Shown here: in pieces, positions 24,401 through 36,779 of the stretch
Numbering within the stretch: the stretch's first letter is position 1
How the letters are laid out: every line of letters starts with the position of its first letter
Assembly (NCBI GenBank): GCA_965644295.1
Contig: CBFFRP010000119.1
Location: 186,001 to 250,000 of the forward strand
Length of the DNA stretch: 64,000 nt
Source: Paraphysomonas bandaiensis
Lineage: Eukaryota > Protista > Chrysophyceae
Reading direction: 5' to 3'
Notes under the pieces: model-generated
What the model saw: only the letters and a program-made list of their open reading frames with translations
The model's database searches: none
Told to the model about the DNA's origin: nothing
Translations under genes and position numbers: made by a program

Positions 24401-25698
24401 CCTTTAACATTAATCAAGCAGTCCTCAATTTTCTCTTTTAAGCTCTGCAAGTGTATATTAGTACAACATAAGATGTATACATACATCATATTACCATATT
24501 GATGAGGTGTCCAGGCAATAGAAGCTCATGGTTCATAAGAGCGTCGGCATTATCTGCGTCGCACTTCCCCTGCGCGACGTAATTAAATATATCCAATACA
24601 ACCATCACACATATCACAAACCTGAGCAAAAGCCAAAAGCTTCCTGAGCATAAACAAGAGACACTCCAGCTTCGCCCCAGGAGAATTAACATGTACGAAT
24701 ATGTATCGTTGAATAAGCATTTGGCCAGCTTGTACGTCTGACGTACGATCCGAAATAGGTAAAAACCCTCGGAAAAGTGAACCAAGATGGGCCAAACAGG
24801 CTTCCTGAGATAGCAACGGGGCTCCAGATGATGATGTAATTCTTTTTGCGTCACGGAGGAGCAATTCAAGACGTGTGGACGCAAACGTGTTATCCGTATC
24901 TCCTTGCAACACCCTGTCGTATAGTTCCTTGTCCGACACCTCCATGATGGCTTTCGCTACTAAGACGACAGGAAGAAGGAATTCCTGCTTGCGGGCTACA
25001 AATCGAAGTGTAGCTCCTCCACTTGTCAGATAATGCATAGTGACTGTGATGGAAGACTGATCAGGTCGAGCACATCGCATGGCCACACCCTTATCAGAGT
25101 AGGAATTGCCTCGATTCTTGTAGCTACTGCGCTGAATCGCCAATGCATGGTTACGTCTTGGCACTTGTAACAAACGAATAACTCGTTCAATTCCATTCAT
25201 AATAAAATATCCACCCATTTCATTTTCTTCCTCCCCATATGCAAGAAGGGCTTGGGGTTTGCATCCTTTAAGATGGCAACGCTCAGACATAACCATAATA
25301 GGGAGCTCACCGAGACGAGATATGAAGGTCATATTATTCGTACCACTACCATCTGTTACACTAACATTGTAAGTGGCAACCAGAGAACCGGTATATGATA
25401 TCCCCCGCTCTCTGGCCTCCCGTGGAGTAAATTTCTTATCCGTATCGCCTGTGGGGTACCCCACCTGCACATCGCTCACTCCAATCTTAACATAAATCCC
25501 ATCATCCAGCTTCATCTCTAGTGGAGGGATGTCATTGACAGCTTCTGATAGACCGTACTCAAGAAAATAGCTGAAACTATCGACATGACAGGACACGAGA
25601 TGCTCTAGACGGCGTCTGACATCATCTGATACGAATCCAGCGGTGAATGAGGGGCCATTACTCCGCTGTGCCTCTACTGTGCCTTTAGACTTCTTCAT
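21428..25698 (-). CDS. POLR1B: RNA polymerase I second-largest subunit (RPA2/RPA135), multi-exon
   Basis: [121 protein letters not shown]-terminal Zn ribbon. Confidence 0.97.
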
Positions 25699-26104
25699 TT
25701 TGATTGGTAATGCCTCTGAAATAGTCACGAATAGATTGTTTGTATTTCGTTACGAGGTGTGCATGCAGTCACCTCTATGATGCATGTATTCTATTATGAG
25801 GCAGGTCACAGTGAGGGGCGGGCTGTGGATGTGTATGTATGATCTGCACACTGCATACATACACGCCTACACTCCTCTACAACCAATCGGAGCGGTCAGT
25901 GAAATGCTTGGTTCTTGGTAGCCAACAATCCCCAACACATCACTGCAGAGAGTTGGAACAAAAAACAGAGGTTTCGTATAAAATCCGGGTTATTAGGAGA
26001 GAATAGTCTGATTTATAGTGCACTGTATTCTGCTGTGTATGTCATGTACAACACAGTGCCATCGCTCTATGTACAGCAGTGGACACAGCAGCTCATAGCA
26101 TGAT

Positions 26105-26456
26105 ATGGTTGATGGACTCTCAGCTGGATATAAGGGTGGATCAAAGATACTCTATAGATCTCTAACGGTGGGGTCAGATAGCCAATGAGTGTGTATGGAC
26201 GGGTTCACTCTTCTAGAGGTATATGTCGTCCTTGTCTATAACGCCTGCAATGACAAGCGAACATATGCAGTGGCTATTCTCCCATCATACTTTGTGAGAC
26301 CTGGTCTTAGAGAGCAAAGTCTGTAGTGTGGTACTATAGCACGTAATTGAGGCATGGAAAATGCCACTAGCTTCAAAGAAGTGTCCTTGTCCAGAGAGGT
26401 GAGCATAGGCTATTGTGTCACCGCTGAAATTTCCTTTTAGCGTCACATCTTAGCAT
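26105..26456 (+). other. Possible short spliced transcript divergent from RPA2 (48-aa ORF or non-coding)
   Basis: Three regularly sized GT-AG intron candidates (26168-26216, 26294-26339, 26399-26440). No recognisable protein. Confidence 0.3.
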
Positions 26457-27760
26457 AAAAGATGCCCATTACAACGGCTCACACTTCTCTTAACATATCC
26501 TATGGGGTTATACAACCTCCTAGCACCACTCAAATGTAGTCGATTTTATCTCTTTAATTCTCTTTTGGTCTTATTTTAGTTTCTTTCCAACCCCGCACTC
26601 TTCTTCTCCGAAGTGCCTTAACGAACATATCAGTCCTAAATTCAACTGCACGTGAGTCGAAAGCTGTTTTACCCACCCCCTTCAACTGACTTTTCCGATT
26701 CTGAGGCTAATGTACATGTACTATGGGCAATACTGTTGTGATATTTTGCCCGTCCACACCTGTGGGACATATTATATGCATTCTAACCAAGCCATGAAAT
26801 TTTAAGTGATGGAAACGGATACCCTGTAAAGCCAGGAGTAACTTAAAACACTATGGACTATAAATTTTCAAACTCATGTACTCCATTCAATATTTTGCTA
26901 CGTTAGTGTTATGGCCTTAAAATGATTACTGCGTCATATTTAGTTTCATCTCTTCAAATAAAATTATTTAAATTTTCAGTTTCAATTTAATTACTTTTGC
27001 AATATATATATTGAAGACACACCTTGCAATATAATTTACGCTACCCTACCACCACCCTTCTACTGATATGCTAATTAGAGCTATTAGCCAGCTATATACT
27101 CTATGTTATTTCAAACGAATATTGATCAGTGTCAACTAAATGCTGTGTTGGAATACGTATGTTTCTCTACAATAGAACTGTTTTATACTATGAAAGAAGC
27201 TGTAATACATAGTGAACATACAACATACTGTATACTGAAGTATCATGACGATTCAAGATATGGAAGTTCAGCAGTGGTTACTATCAGAATGATGAAATTA
27301 TGTCGGTGGTGAGCTTTATGATATTGTATATCTAGTTTTCACCTTTGTTATATCATTCATTGTATTTCACTCTATCGGCGTTGTCCCTACTACCGACGAA
27401 TATTTTACAATATTCGATAGGCATAATCTTATACAGTCGACATTTTTCGGTTTCAAAAACTAAATCCTATCACCTAATTAAGTTATTAGAATGCTGATTT
27501 CAAAACTTTTCAAGTGACAATTATATTTTCAAAACCTTAAAATATGCACATTTTAAAGAAATATAACAGTGAGAAATATTATATCAAAATAAGTTGCGAT
27601 AGTGTTAGGGTGCACGTTGTTATTATTGACGAGTATTGTGGCTGGCATACTAAAAGACGTATGACGAATACAGCTAGGGCACAGTCATAAAGGTGATTAC
27701 TGAACTTACCATAACTATCAATCCATTACACACAAATGCTTTCATACTATCGCCACCACT

Positions 27761-28845
27761 TCACAAAGTAGTATATTTGTCTAACAATGCCTTCTTCTTC
27801 TCCTCCAACACCTTTTTCATAATATCGTCCTGAGAGGGTACTGCAATATGGGCCTTGGCAATATCCCTTCCTTTCTCCACATCAGCATTCCCAGTGACAC
27901 TGCCCGTGTGTATAACTGGTGTGGCCGCCACATCCGGGGCGAGCATCTCTTCCTCATCATCCAGATATCGTTGAAGTTCTTCTTTGGTTTCTCCAAACGC
28001 CCCTCCAGTTCGTCGAACTTCTGAAACCAATCGTTGCTTCTTCGCTGCATGCTCCCGGACAGCCTCACCCACAAGGACCCGCTGCCAGCAAATTGGTATA
28101 AGATGAGTGTGACCATGAAATCGAACAGTATACACACCTCCCGCTCCGCCTCCTTAGGCGCTAAAACACCATCGTCATCATCCCTATACCCGTAGTAATC
28201 AGGGGTGATGTTTTTATAGAGATCCCCTCGTGATCTGCAGTGTTATTTAGAAGTCAACCGCATTACACTCACGTAATCATACACTCACTTTTGCATTCGT
28301 TTTTTCTCAGCGGCCTCCTCCAAGTCCGCAAAAAGCTCCCTTACACCTGGTAAATCTTTTGCTGCTCCATAATACTTATAGTTAGGTGCTCCTGGAAGTT
28401 CTTTTCCATCGATATCTATGAATTGGCGTTTCGAGAGTTTGTAGTCGCTCCCTCCGAGTTCTCGTATTCTTATTTCCCAGTAATGTTTCCGTCTAACATC
28501 CTTATTAATCTCATCATTTAGCTCACGAATTCTATGTTCTCCAAGGCTCGCTATATGAAAAACAAGTCAGACAGGAGGATATAATAACATTCACTCTCAT
28601 ATTTACCGTTTTGAATGGATGCGATTTTTTTAGTGATGGAACCTAAAATTTCGCGTCTATGTTTCTCTGCTTCAGGCAGAGACATACATTCATTTGATAC
28701 CAGTGGTCTGCGGTTGTGAGCACCTTAAATATGATTATTATATTAATGTCAACAATCAGCAGAGTCACTCACCAGCATGAAAATCCTTCTTAAATGTTTG
28801 CCATTTATTGAATAGTGTCAAGGCTTTCTCTTCATTTCTCGCCAT
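27761..28845 (-). CDS. ISY1: Pre-mRNA splicing factor ISY1, multi-exon
   Basis: MARNEEKALTLFNKW...IQN|ASLGEHRIRELNDEINK...WEIRIRELGG..YKYYGAAKDLPGVRELF...YYGYRDDDDGVL...VPSQDDIMKKVLEEKKKALLDKY. Confidence 0.95.
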
Positions 28846-28985
28846 GACTATACACTACCAATATACTTCACTCTTGGATTGAAATATATGCAGATATAGA
28901 TGCAAGGAAGCGATTTGATGAGTGAGCTGAGGTGTTATTATACCAGCATAGCACACGACAGGCAGAGAGTGTGTGGTATACCGCC

Positions 28986-29563
28986 GTATGTATGTATGTA
29001 TGTATGTATGTATGTATGTATGTAGGTAGGTAGGTAGGTAGGTAGGTAGGTAGGTAGGTATGTATGTATGTACGTATGTATGTATGTATGTATGTATGTA
29101 TGTATGTATGTATGTATGTATGTATGTATGTATGTATGTATGTATGTATGTATGTATGTATGTATGTATGTATGTACGTATGTATGTATGTATGTATGTA
29201 TGTATGTATGTATGTATGTATGTATGTATGTATGTATGTATGTATGTATGTATGTATGTATGTATGTATGTATGTATGTATGTATGTATGTATGTATGTA
29301 TGTATGTATGTATGTATGTATGTATGTATGTATGTATGTATGTATGTATGTATGTATGTATGTATGTATGTATGTATGTATGTATGTATGTATGTATGTA
29401 TGTATGTATGTATGTATGTATGGATGTATGTGTGTATGTATGTATGTATGTATGTATGTATGTATGTATGTATGTATGTATGTATGTATGTATGTATGTA
29501 TGTATGTATGTATGTATGTATGTATGTATGTATGTATGTATGTATGTATGTACATGTATGTAT
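28986..29563. repeat. (TATG)n microsatellite, ~580 bp, with an internal (TAGG)n block
   Basis: Directly visible. The overlapping MYVC/HTYI ORFs are repeat artefacts. Confidence 0.99.
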
Positions 29564-29916
29564 ATAAATATGGATTTTGAGGCTCTATCTTCTTTGAAAC
29601 CCCAAAATATTCAACATTGATGCTGAAAACTTAAAACGTATCGGCATTCAGCATCTTAGTTTTCGGGAATAAATTGAATCAAATATCGTTTATATTACTG
29701 CTATACAACTACGGCCAGAATACAGATAATTATTGCCTCAATATTAGAGGCATCTTTGAACAAAAATATACCAAGGATGCCGATACGAATATCTGGTTTT
29801 TCCAGAATTACGCTACAATGAGGATACGAGCGAGCGATTCCATCAGAGCGAGTTCTCCAATCCATTAAGAGTGTTACACACAACTGAGGTGAGATTGTTG
29901 AGCCCCTAAGAGCCCG

Positions 29917-31413
29917 ATGTACTCCAGTATATTTCCATGTATATCTCCCGACAACTCCTCGACTGCTATCGTCTCAAGCGGTTCATGTTACTCCTACTCT
30001 ATGCTGTTCAGGAGGATTAACAGTGTCGCTTATGGATTACTCTCTCGACACTCTCTCACACATCAGCAACGAGTTGCATTCATTCTTCCAGCCAGTGTCG
30101 ACTATGTTGCATGCATGCATGGTGTGTGGAGGGCGGGGGGTATAGCTGTACCGTTAAACACTGCATCCTCTATTGGGGAGCTACAGCACTATCTCACCAC
30201 TGCAGATGTCTCCTGTCTGGTGGCCTCTGAAGACTCTCTGGAGGATCTCAGAAACCTCGCTTCAATGCTGAATATCCCTTTGTTGACTGTGGAAGATATC
30301 ATGTCAGACTCTGAAATGGCGCTTCCTGTATTGGAACCCGATCATAGAGCACTTATGTTATTCACCAGTGGAACAACGAGCAAACCGAAGGGGGTCGTGA
30401 CCACACTGAGGAATATTAGTTCCCAGATATCTTCTCTTATTGAGGCATGGGAATGGTCGAGTAGTGACTCTATTCCTTTGTTTCTTCCACTTCACCACAT
30501 TCATGGCATCATCAATATTTTATCCTGTGCACTGGCATCAGGGGCCACTGTTCATGTATTCCCTAAATTTCAAATTCCGTCTATACTGCGAGGTGTAGTA
30601 GGTAATGAGTACACAGTGTTTATGGCTGTTCCTACTGTGTATGTGAAGTTAGTTCAGTACCTTGAGTCTATCTCATCTGATGAGCGAATTACTGTGTGTA
30701 ATTCATTTCAACGAATGCGTCTGAATGTCTCTGGTTCGGCCGCTTGTCCTGTCACCTTATTTACTAAGTGGCAAGAACTAACTAGTCAGACGCTGTTAGA
30801 GAGATACGGTATGACGGAAATTGGAATGGCGTTGTCTAATCCATACAATGGCGAGCGGCGACCAGGTATGGTCGGTCAACCTTTGCCAGGAGTTCAGCTT
30901 GAGATATTTGATGAGACCAATCAACCAATATGCACACCCGATACCCCTGGGGAAATTAGAATAAAGGGTGAGAATGTGTTTCTAGAGTACTGGAGGGATG
31001 TCACAGCCACTGAGAAGAGCTTCATTGATGGGTGGTTCTGCACTGGTGATATAGGAATCCTTCAGGATGGTTACTATAGAATAATGGGACGGTCATCTAT
31101 CGATATCATTAAGTCTGGCGGGTATAAATTATCTGCTTTAGAAATTGAAAGTGTACTACTCTCTCATGATGATATTTGTGAATGCGCAGTGGTTGGGGTC
31201 GATGACGAGGTGTGGGGTGAAGCTGTGGAGGCTTTTCTCGTTCTCTCGAACGCGGCATGTATGACTTACGACAATTTCAAAGCGTGGTGTAGTGGAAAAT
31301 TATCGTCTTATAAAATCCCGAAGAAGATTCACGTAGTTGATTCGCTGCCTCGTAATGCAATGGGAAAGGTTATGAAGTCTACGCTGAAGGAAACTGCTAA
31401 GTGTAATGTGTAG
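29917..31413 (+). CDS. Acyl-CoA synthetase of the ACSF3/MatB (malonyl-CoA synthetase-like) group, intronless
   Basis: AMP-binding motifs FTSGTTSKPKG, LPLHHIHG, LLERYGMTEIGM, WFCTGD, GRSSIDIIKSGGYKLSALEIE, LPRNAMGKV. Confidence 0.93.
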   Translation: MYSSIFPCISPDNSSTAIVSSGSCYSYSMLFRRINSVAYGLLSRHSLTHQQRVAFILPASVDYVACMHGVWRAGGIAVPLNTASSIGELQHYLTTADVSCLVASEDSLEDLRNLASMLNIPLLTVEDIMSDSEMALPVLEPDHRALMLFTSGTTSKPKGVVTTLRNISSQISSLIEAWEWSSSDSIPLFLPLHHIHGIINILSCALASGATVHVFPKFQIPSILRGVVGNEYTVFMAVPTVYVKLVQYLESISSDERITVCNSFQRMRLNVSGSAACPVTLFTKWQELTSQTLLERYGMTEIGMALSNPYNGERRPGMVGQPLPGVQLEIFDETNQPICTPDTPGEIRIKGENVFLEYWRDVTATEKSFIDGWFCTGDIGILQDGYYRIMGRSSIDIIKSGGYKLSALEIESVLLSHDDICECAVVGVDDEVWGEAVEAFLVLSNAACMTYDNFKAWCSGKLSSYKIPKKIHVVDSLPRNAMGKVMKSTLKETAKCNV

Positions 31414-32239
31414 GTAAATGCGATATTTATGTACCTTTCAACATAGTAATAGTTTATATTAGGAGTCAGCTTAATACAAGATTGTATCTGTGAGTTATAA
31501 TGTTCAATGAAATATATCATGAACTGAATTAGAGAGAGTATCTGTTGAAGATACATGATCGTCATCATAACGTAGTCATTGTCAGTTACACTTCTAACTA
31601 TTCCGTTGTGCATGATAGTTATGTTTTATATTGTTATTCATAATTCTCACTCTATGGTGTTCATTACTTACACTCTAATAATCACAATATTGTTTTACTA
31701 TTACTAAAATCAATTCTTTATTATTTATTGTCACTCACTGAGCAATCACAATTAATGAGGTGTTAATCAGCACTCAACTACTACTGTGGCCAAAACTTTT
31801 GAGTCATTTATTATTTTATACTTCTGGAATCATTCAAGAAGGTTGATTGAGGTCGTAGGCTTCACCAAAAGGGGAGAAATATGAATAGTATTGCATTGCA
31901 GTACTATGGTTTGATTTCTATTTTACTATAGACTTCACGTCATATATTAGTAACATACTTTGCAATACATTATTTATTGTATATTAGTAACAATACCCGT
32001 ATACTTATTCGAGAAACTTAAATAACTACGACATGTACTTAGTCCAAGATGATATAGGATATAGGTAGTACAAACTTCTATATATCACTAAACTCATGAT
32101 ATGAGAATAGAGAATAGACCGCAATAAAAAATCCTTATTTTACCATTGACACTATTTGGATCTCTACTAGCTCATATTATATATGACCCGCATAAAAGCT
32201 GGTTGAAGAGGTAAAGCGAGAGACACTCACTACATTTTA

Positions 32240-35200
32240 CTACTTGTACTGCCTAGCATCCCATGAGTCTTCAGCATCTCCCTCAGAGGAGTAGCTCCCA
32301 AGCATATGCAGCTGCTCGTGCATAGCACCCATATCTGAGTCAATGCCGAGGTAGTTGAGATGCTGCTCCTGATTCTGTCGCAACGCTCTCCATGCCATAT
32401 CTTCGTCTGCCTCATCGAGAACCTACGTACATAAGCGAAAAGTTACATGCACGTGCCCTTATAGTTTTCACTGTTACTCGACAATCACAACCAGAATATT
32501 TATATCAAAGTTTATGGCACGAAAGGCTCCTAGTGTTTCCCACTACGAACTCTCACCTGATGGGACCCAATGTACTCATCTTGGTCATAGCTTCCCGTAT
32601 GTACCGTGTATCCCATGTCATACCCGTTGCTTTTTACAACCGTCTCTTCTAGTGCTGCAATCTCCATAAGCCACTTATGATTGAAGCTTTCAAAACGCTT
32701 CTTTCGGATTTGTGTCCCCAGCTGACCGAGCTCACCGTCCTCTTGTCGGTCCAGCTCAAGGACAAGCACCACAACCTGGTCAGCCATTGCTCTAACATGA
32801 GAGTTCTGGTGATGCAGACACTCAATAATATCCACCACAACGCGAGTTCCATAAAGTGCTTCTTCCTGACTGTTCTCTTGCTGGAAAAACTTGTAAAAAC
32901 AATGTAACAGCTGGAGAAGTATTTCCACGTCGCTAGCCTTATCCTTCCATATTTGGTACAATAGTCCGATAATATTACTCGAGGCCAGCATTTTGCAGCT
33001 ATGTGAGTCAGATGCTGCTGCAGCGACGACCATAATTACTTCAAGTAGGACATCATTTTGTGCCATCCCAGGAACTAGGAGCTTTGATATAAGACTCAAA
33101 AGATTGTAATCGCCGAGCAACTTCGACCAACCTTGGTTCATTGGCAAGTCAAGAGTTGTCAGATTCGCAATAGTGCCAAGTATCTCGACGAGTAAATCAT
33201 GATTATCACATTCAACAGCAAGCCGACATATATTTTTAATGTGAGGGGACCAGAGCCCACGGTACTTGTATTGTAAATCTGCATTATCTAGTGCCTGTTG
33301 ACAGTTAAAAGACCACTGAGATATGTTTCGAATAATTTTCATGAGCAATGGATCTTTGGTGGTAAGCACCCTATCGACAAGATGGTTGAGACCTCGATTA
33401 CCGGCCATGATCTCAGCGTTGCGAGCATTCAAACTGATATTTACTGCCAGTCCAGCAAGTTCTTTTGCAAGGTTATTCTGGGGAAAGTTTATAATCATCC
33501 CCATAATGAGTGGCATGCCGTCAGTATAGGTGAACATGGACTTGCATCTGTCCTCTATGGATAGATGATACAAAAGCTTCAGAGCCTTGGCACGAAAGGC
33601 AGCGACTTTGAGTAGCCCAATGAGCTTGGGTATAAGGCCGAGTTGGACGCATTGCTCCCTCACCTCCGCATCGAAAGACAGATTGAATAAGAGCCGCAAC
33701 GTAACTGTCATCAGTGGTTGAGAGGAGCACGGCAGAAACTTAGTTAGCTTAGAGACAATATTTCGCGATTTCAATGCGTTTTTGTTCTCCTCAAAGACGG
33801 ACAATTTCTTCAAAAAAGTCACAGCTAGTACGAGGAGATCGGCTGATGTGCGGTCCAACGACTGCACCAGGCTGTCAATTAATCCCTTCTTGACCATTTT
33901 TCTCTCTACAGATATGTCTTCCGCTAGATTCAATAATATATAGAATCCCACAAAGAGTACCTGCATAACTGGTGAGCTATAACCATATACATCAAAGCAG
34001 ATAGCAGCTAACTGAGACTGATACATCTTTCAATCCAGTAAACTAATGTACTACTTATTTAGTGCCGTGGGTCACCTTTTCCTGCTTTTTCATAATCTTC
34101 TTCGTTTTGTAGTCTACTTTCTCAAGCGCTGCACGGTGTTTCTCCTGGAGCTTGAGAACGTTAGATGGGTCCTTCTCCCTCTGTCTGGCCAGCTCATCTT
34201 CCTGAGATGCAATGAGCTGTTTTCTCTCATTTGATCGATGTTCACTGCGCTTGAACTCAAAATCTATTGCCTGACGACATATTCCGTTATGCACACGCTC
34301 GACATCATCACATAATGACATACTTTCATAGTCAACATTCCGATACGGTAGTTCGCCATGAGACCATGCATCTCCATAAAATTAGAAAATGCTAAAAATA
34401 TTCTGCCAGAAATTACTAGTAAGACTATGGGTATCAAAATCCAGTGGTTTCGTGCACTGCACACACAACACATATAACGTACAATGTGTTATTCACCTCA
34501 ATATATTAAACGTGAGATCAGCTGACTTCTTGAACTCCTCTTGTAGCACTCGTGTAAGAGCTCCCATAACAGTATTGTTCTGTATTAGCACCTCCAGGTT
34601 CACCACATATCTACAGAGCTTCAGTATCATCGCTGTGCCCTCTATTTGGGCGCGTAGGCCTTCGTCATTTTCGTTATCTGATTTGCCAGAAACCTGCATA
34701 CAAAGAATGAGTGCGTACACACAAACCAGGCTACACCCACAGGACAAAGTAATAACTCAACAAGATAAGCAATACTTGTATTACGCATGAACCTGATAGA
34801 GCAGCTCGAGGTAGTCGTCTAGATTGTCCATGTGCGCTGGGGGATACTTGTCCACCGGGGCGCTCTTTTCCCGTTTTTCTCCAGATTCACCGCGATCTGA
34901 CTTACGGTCTTTCTTTTTACTCGGCTTCGAAGTAGAATCTTCACGGGCAGCTGACTTTTTGTTGCTCTCCTCTTGCTCACGAAGGTGTCTTTGAAGTTTA
35001 ATAAGCATCTGCTCGACTTCCTCGACGCGGGACGGGTGAATGTATTTACATTTGTCAATAATCTCACCCGCCATAGCAGCCAGGTTTCTATCTGGCGCTA
35101 TAGCCTTAATTTTTATTTTTCTAGAGTCAGGTTTGGAATCCAAAACTTCCAGAACTCTTCCATTCTCTTCCATATTGACCTTCAAACAAACGGCAAGTGA

Positions 35201-35336
35201 TGAGATGATACTTAAATAGAGACCACAACAGTCTCACCACTTCTATAGTAAAATTAACGACTAGAGCCGGCTCATCGAAGTCTATCTCAATGGCCCCTTG
35301 CCGGATCTTTCTTGTTATGCGTGACATGCCCTCCAT
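32240..35336 (-). CDS. KIFAP3: Kinesin-associated protein 3 (kinesin-2 accessory subunit, intraflagellar transport), multi-exon
   Basis: IIDKCKYIHPSRVEEVEQML, LDDYLELLY, GALTRVLQEEFKKS, ILLNLAEDISVERKM, VTFLKKLSVFEENK, LRLLFNLSFD, IRKKRFESFNHKWL. The last exon is less certain. Confidence 0.93.
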
Positions 35337-35973
35337 TTCACTGTAGAGCACCTCGAATAGAGATATATAACGGCGATATCACACACAGATGTACAGAATA
35401 ATAACTGATCGACTGAGGGATTAAACGGCAAAACAGGGAGATGGATGATTGATTTAAATGGTGGGCAGTGATTACAGAAGGAGGCGGGAGGTGTGTAGAC
35501 ATTAACAGCGAGCTGTTATAAGCACCACTTCACTGCTGCTGAATGCGTACTGCTGCACTGCTTGTCCGGGCAGTACACAGCGGCAGTATACACAACTGCA
35601 TTTTGAATTTTTTGCATACAAAAACAGTGTACGTATGCACTAGTGTAGAAGTACAGCTGATGGTAGGTACGTTATACTATGGAGTACAGGGAAGGGTGTA
35701 CAGAAATACGTATTCCTCCACGTATATAAGTATACCGGTATACTGTCGACATGTGTTCTAGGAACATGATTATGATACGAAGAGAAGCGAAGAGAAGAGT
35801 GAAGTGGAAGTGTGCTGTACATGTGACGATCTCTACACACTCATACATACATACATATCTGCTCCAGTCTCTGCATAGATAGCGTACATAGCACACCCAC
35901 TACACCATCATCACCATCATCACCACCAGCTCCATCATCTCCAGCTCCAGCTCCTCCATACTCACACCTCACT

Positions 35974-36309
35974 ATGGGTAGGATCTACATCAGGAAGCTC
36001 GAAGACTCCCAGATCTACACGTGTAACAAGTGCTCCATCCACCTGTCGACTGATCATCAGGTTATATCAAAAACATTTCATGGACGAGGCGGTAAAGCCT
36101 ATCTAATGAACGATGTCATCAACGGATACACAGGGCCCCATGAGAGGCGTGTGCTCATGACTGGGCTGCATACAGTGGCGGATCTGTTCTGCACGGGGTG
36201 CCACACGCTCATAGGGTGGAAGTACGAGCAGGCGTTCGAAGAGTCAGAAAAATACAAAGTCGGAAAGTTTATTCTTGAGAGAACTAAAATCGGCAAGCTG
36301 AACTGGTAA
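35974..36309 (+). CDS. YPEL: Yippee-like zinc-binding protein
   Basis: YTCNKCSIHL..VISKTFHGRGGKAYL..RVLMTGLHTVADLFCTGCHTLIGWKYEQAFEESEKYKVGKFILE. Confidence 0.96.
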   Translation: MGRIYIRKLEDSQIYTCNKCSIHLSTDHQVISKTFHGRGGKAYLMNDVINGYTGPHERRVLMTGLHTVADLFCTGCHTLIGWKYEQAFEESEKYKVGKFILERTKIGKLNW

Positions 36310-36779
36310 ACAGCCACGTCATCAGCAGCTGAGCAAGGGTTCGTGTATATACTGTGGGTTAGTACTTCGTTTCAGTAATTAAGCGAAGTAGTTATATAAC
36401 ATATCAGTGAATGTCAATACATGGAGAGATATATGTTCTACTGAAGTCTTGTATAATAATGTTCTTGTTTCACGTCGTCATACTAGTATCTATATATCGG
36501 TTGAATTTACGTCCAGGTCCACGACATGGCATGCCACTCAAGCAGTATAATGCTTTATTGTTACTATAGCTCTACCTTTACAAAACATACTTAGTAGAAC
36601 TAGAACGTAAGTATACACTTCTAAACTTTTAATTAATTGACATTTCTAATTGTACTGTAAATTATATGGTATCTATCGTTGGACCTAGTTTTTCAAAAAT
36701 TGTTGTAATAGTACCTAGCCAAGTGGTTGTAAAACATATTCACTAAGTAATTTAACTTAAGTTTACGATGACTAGGTGC

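Noticed and set aside
28938-29620. ORFs of MYVC/HTYI repeats
   Set aside because: Translation artefacts of a stop-free tetranucleotide microsatellite.
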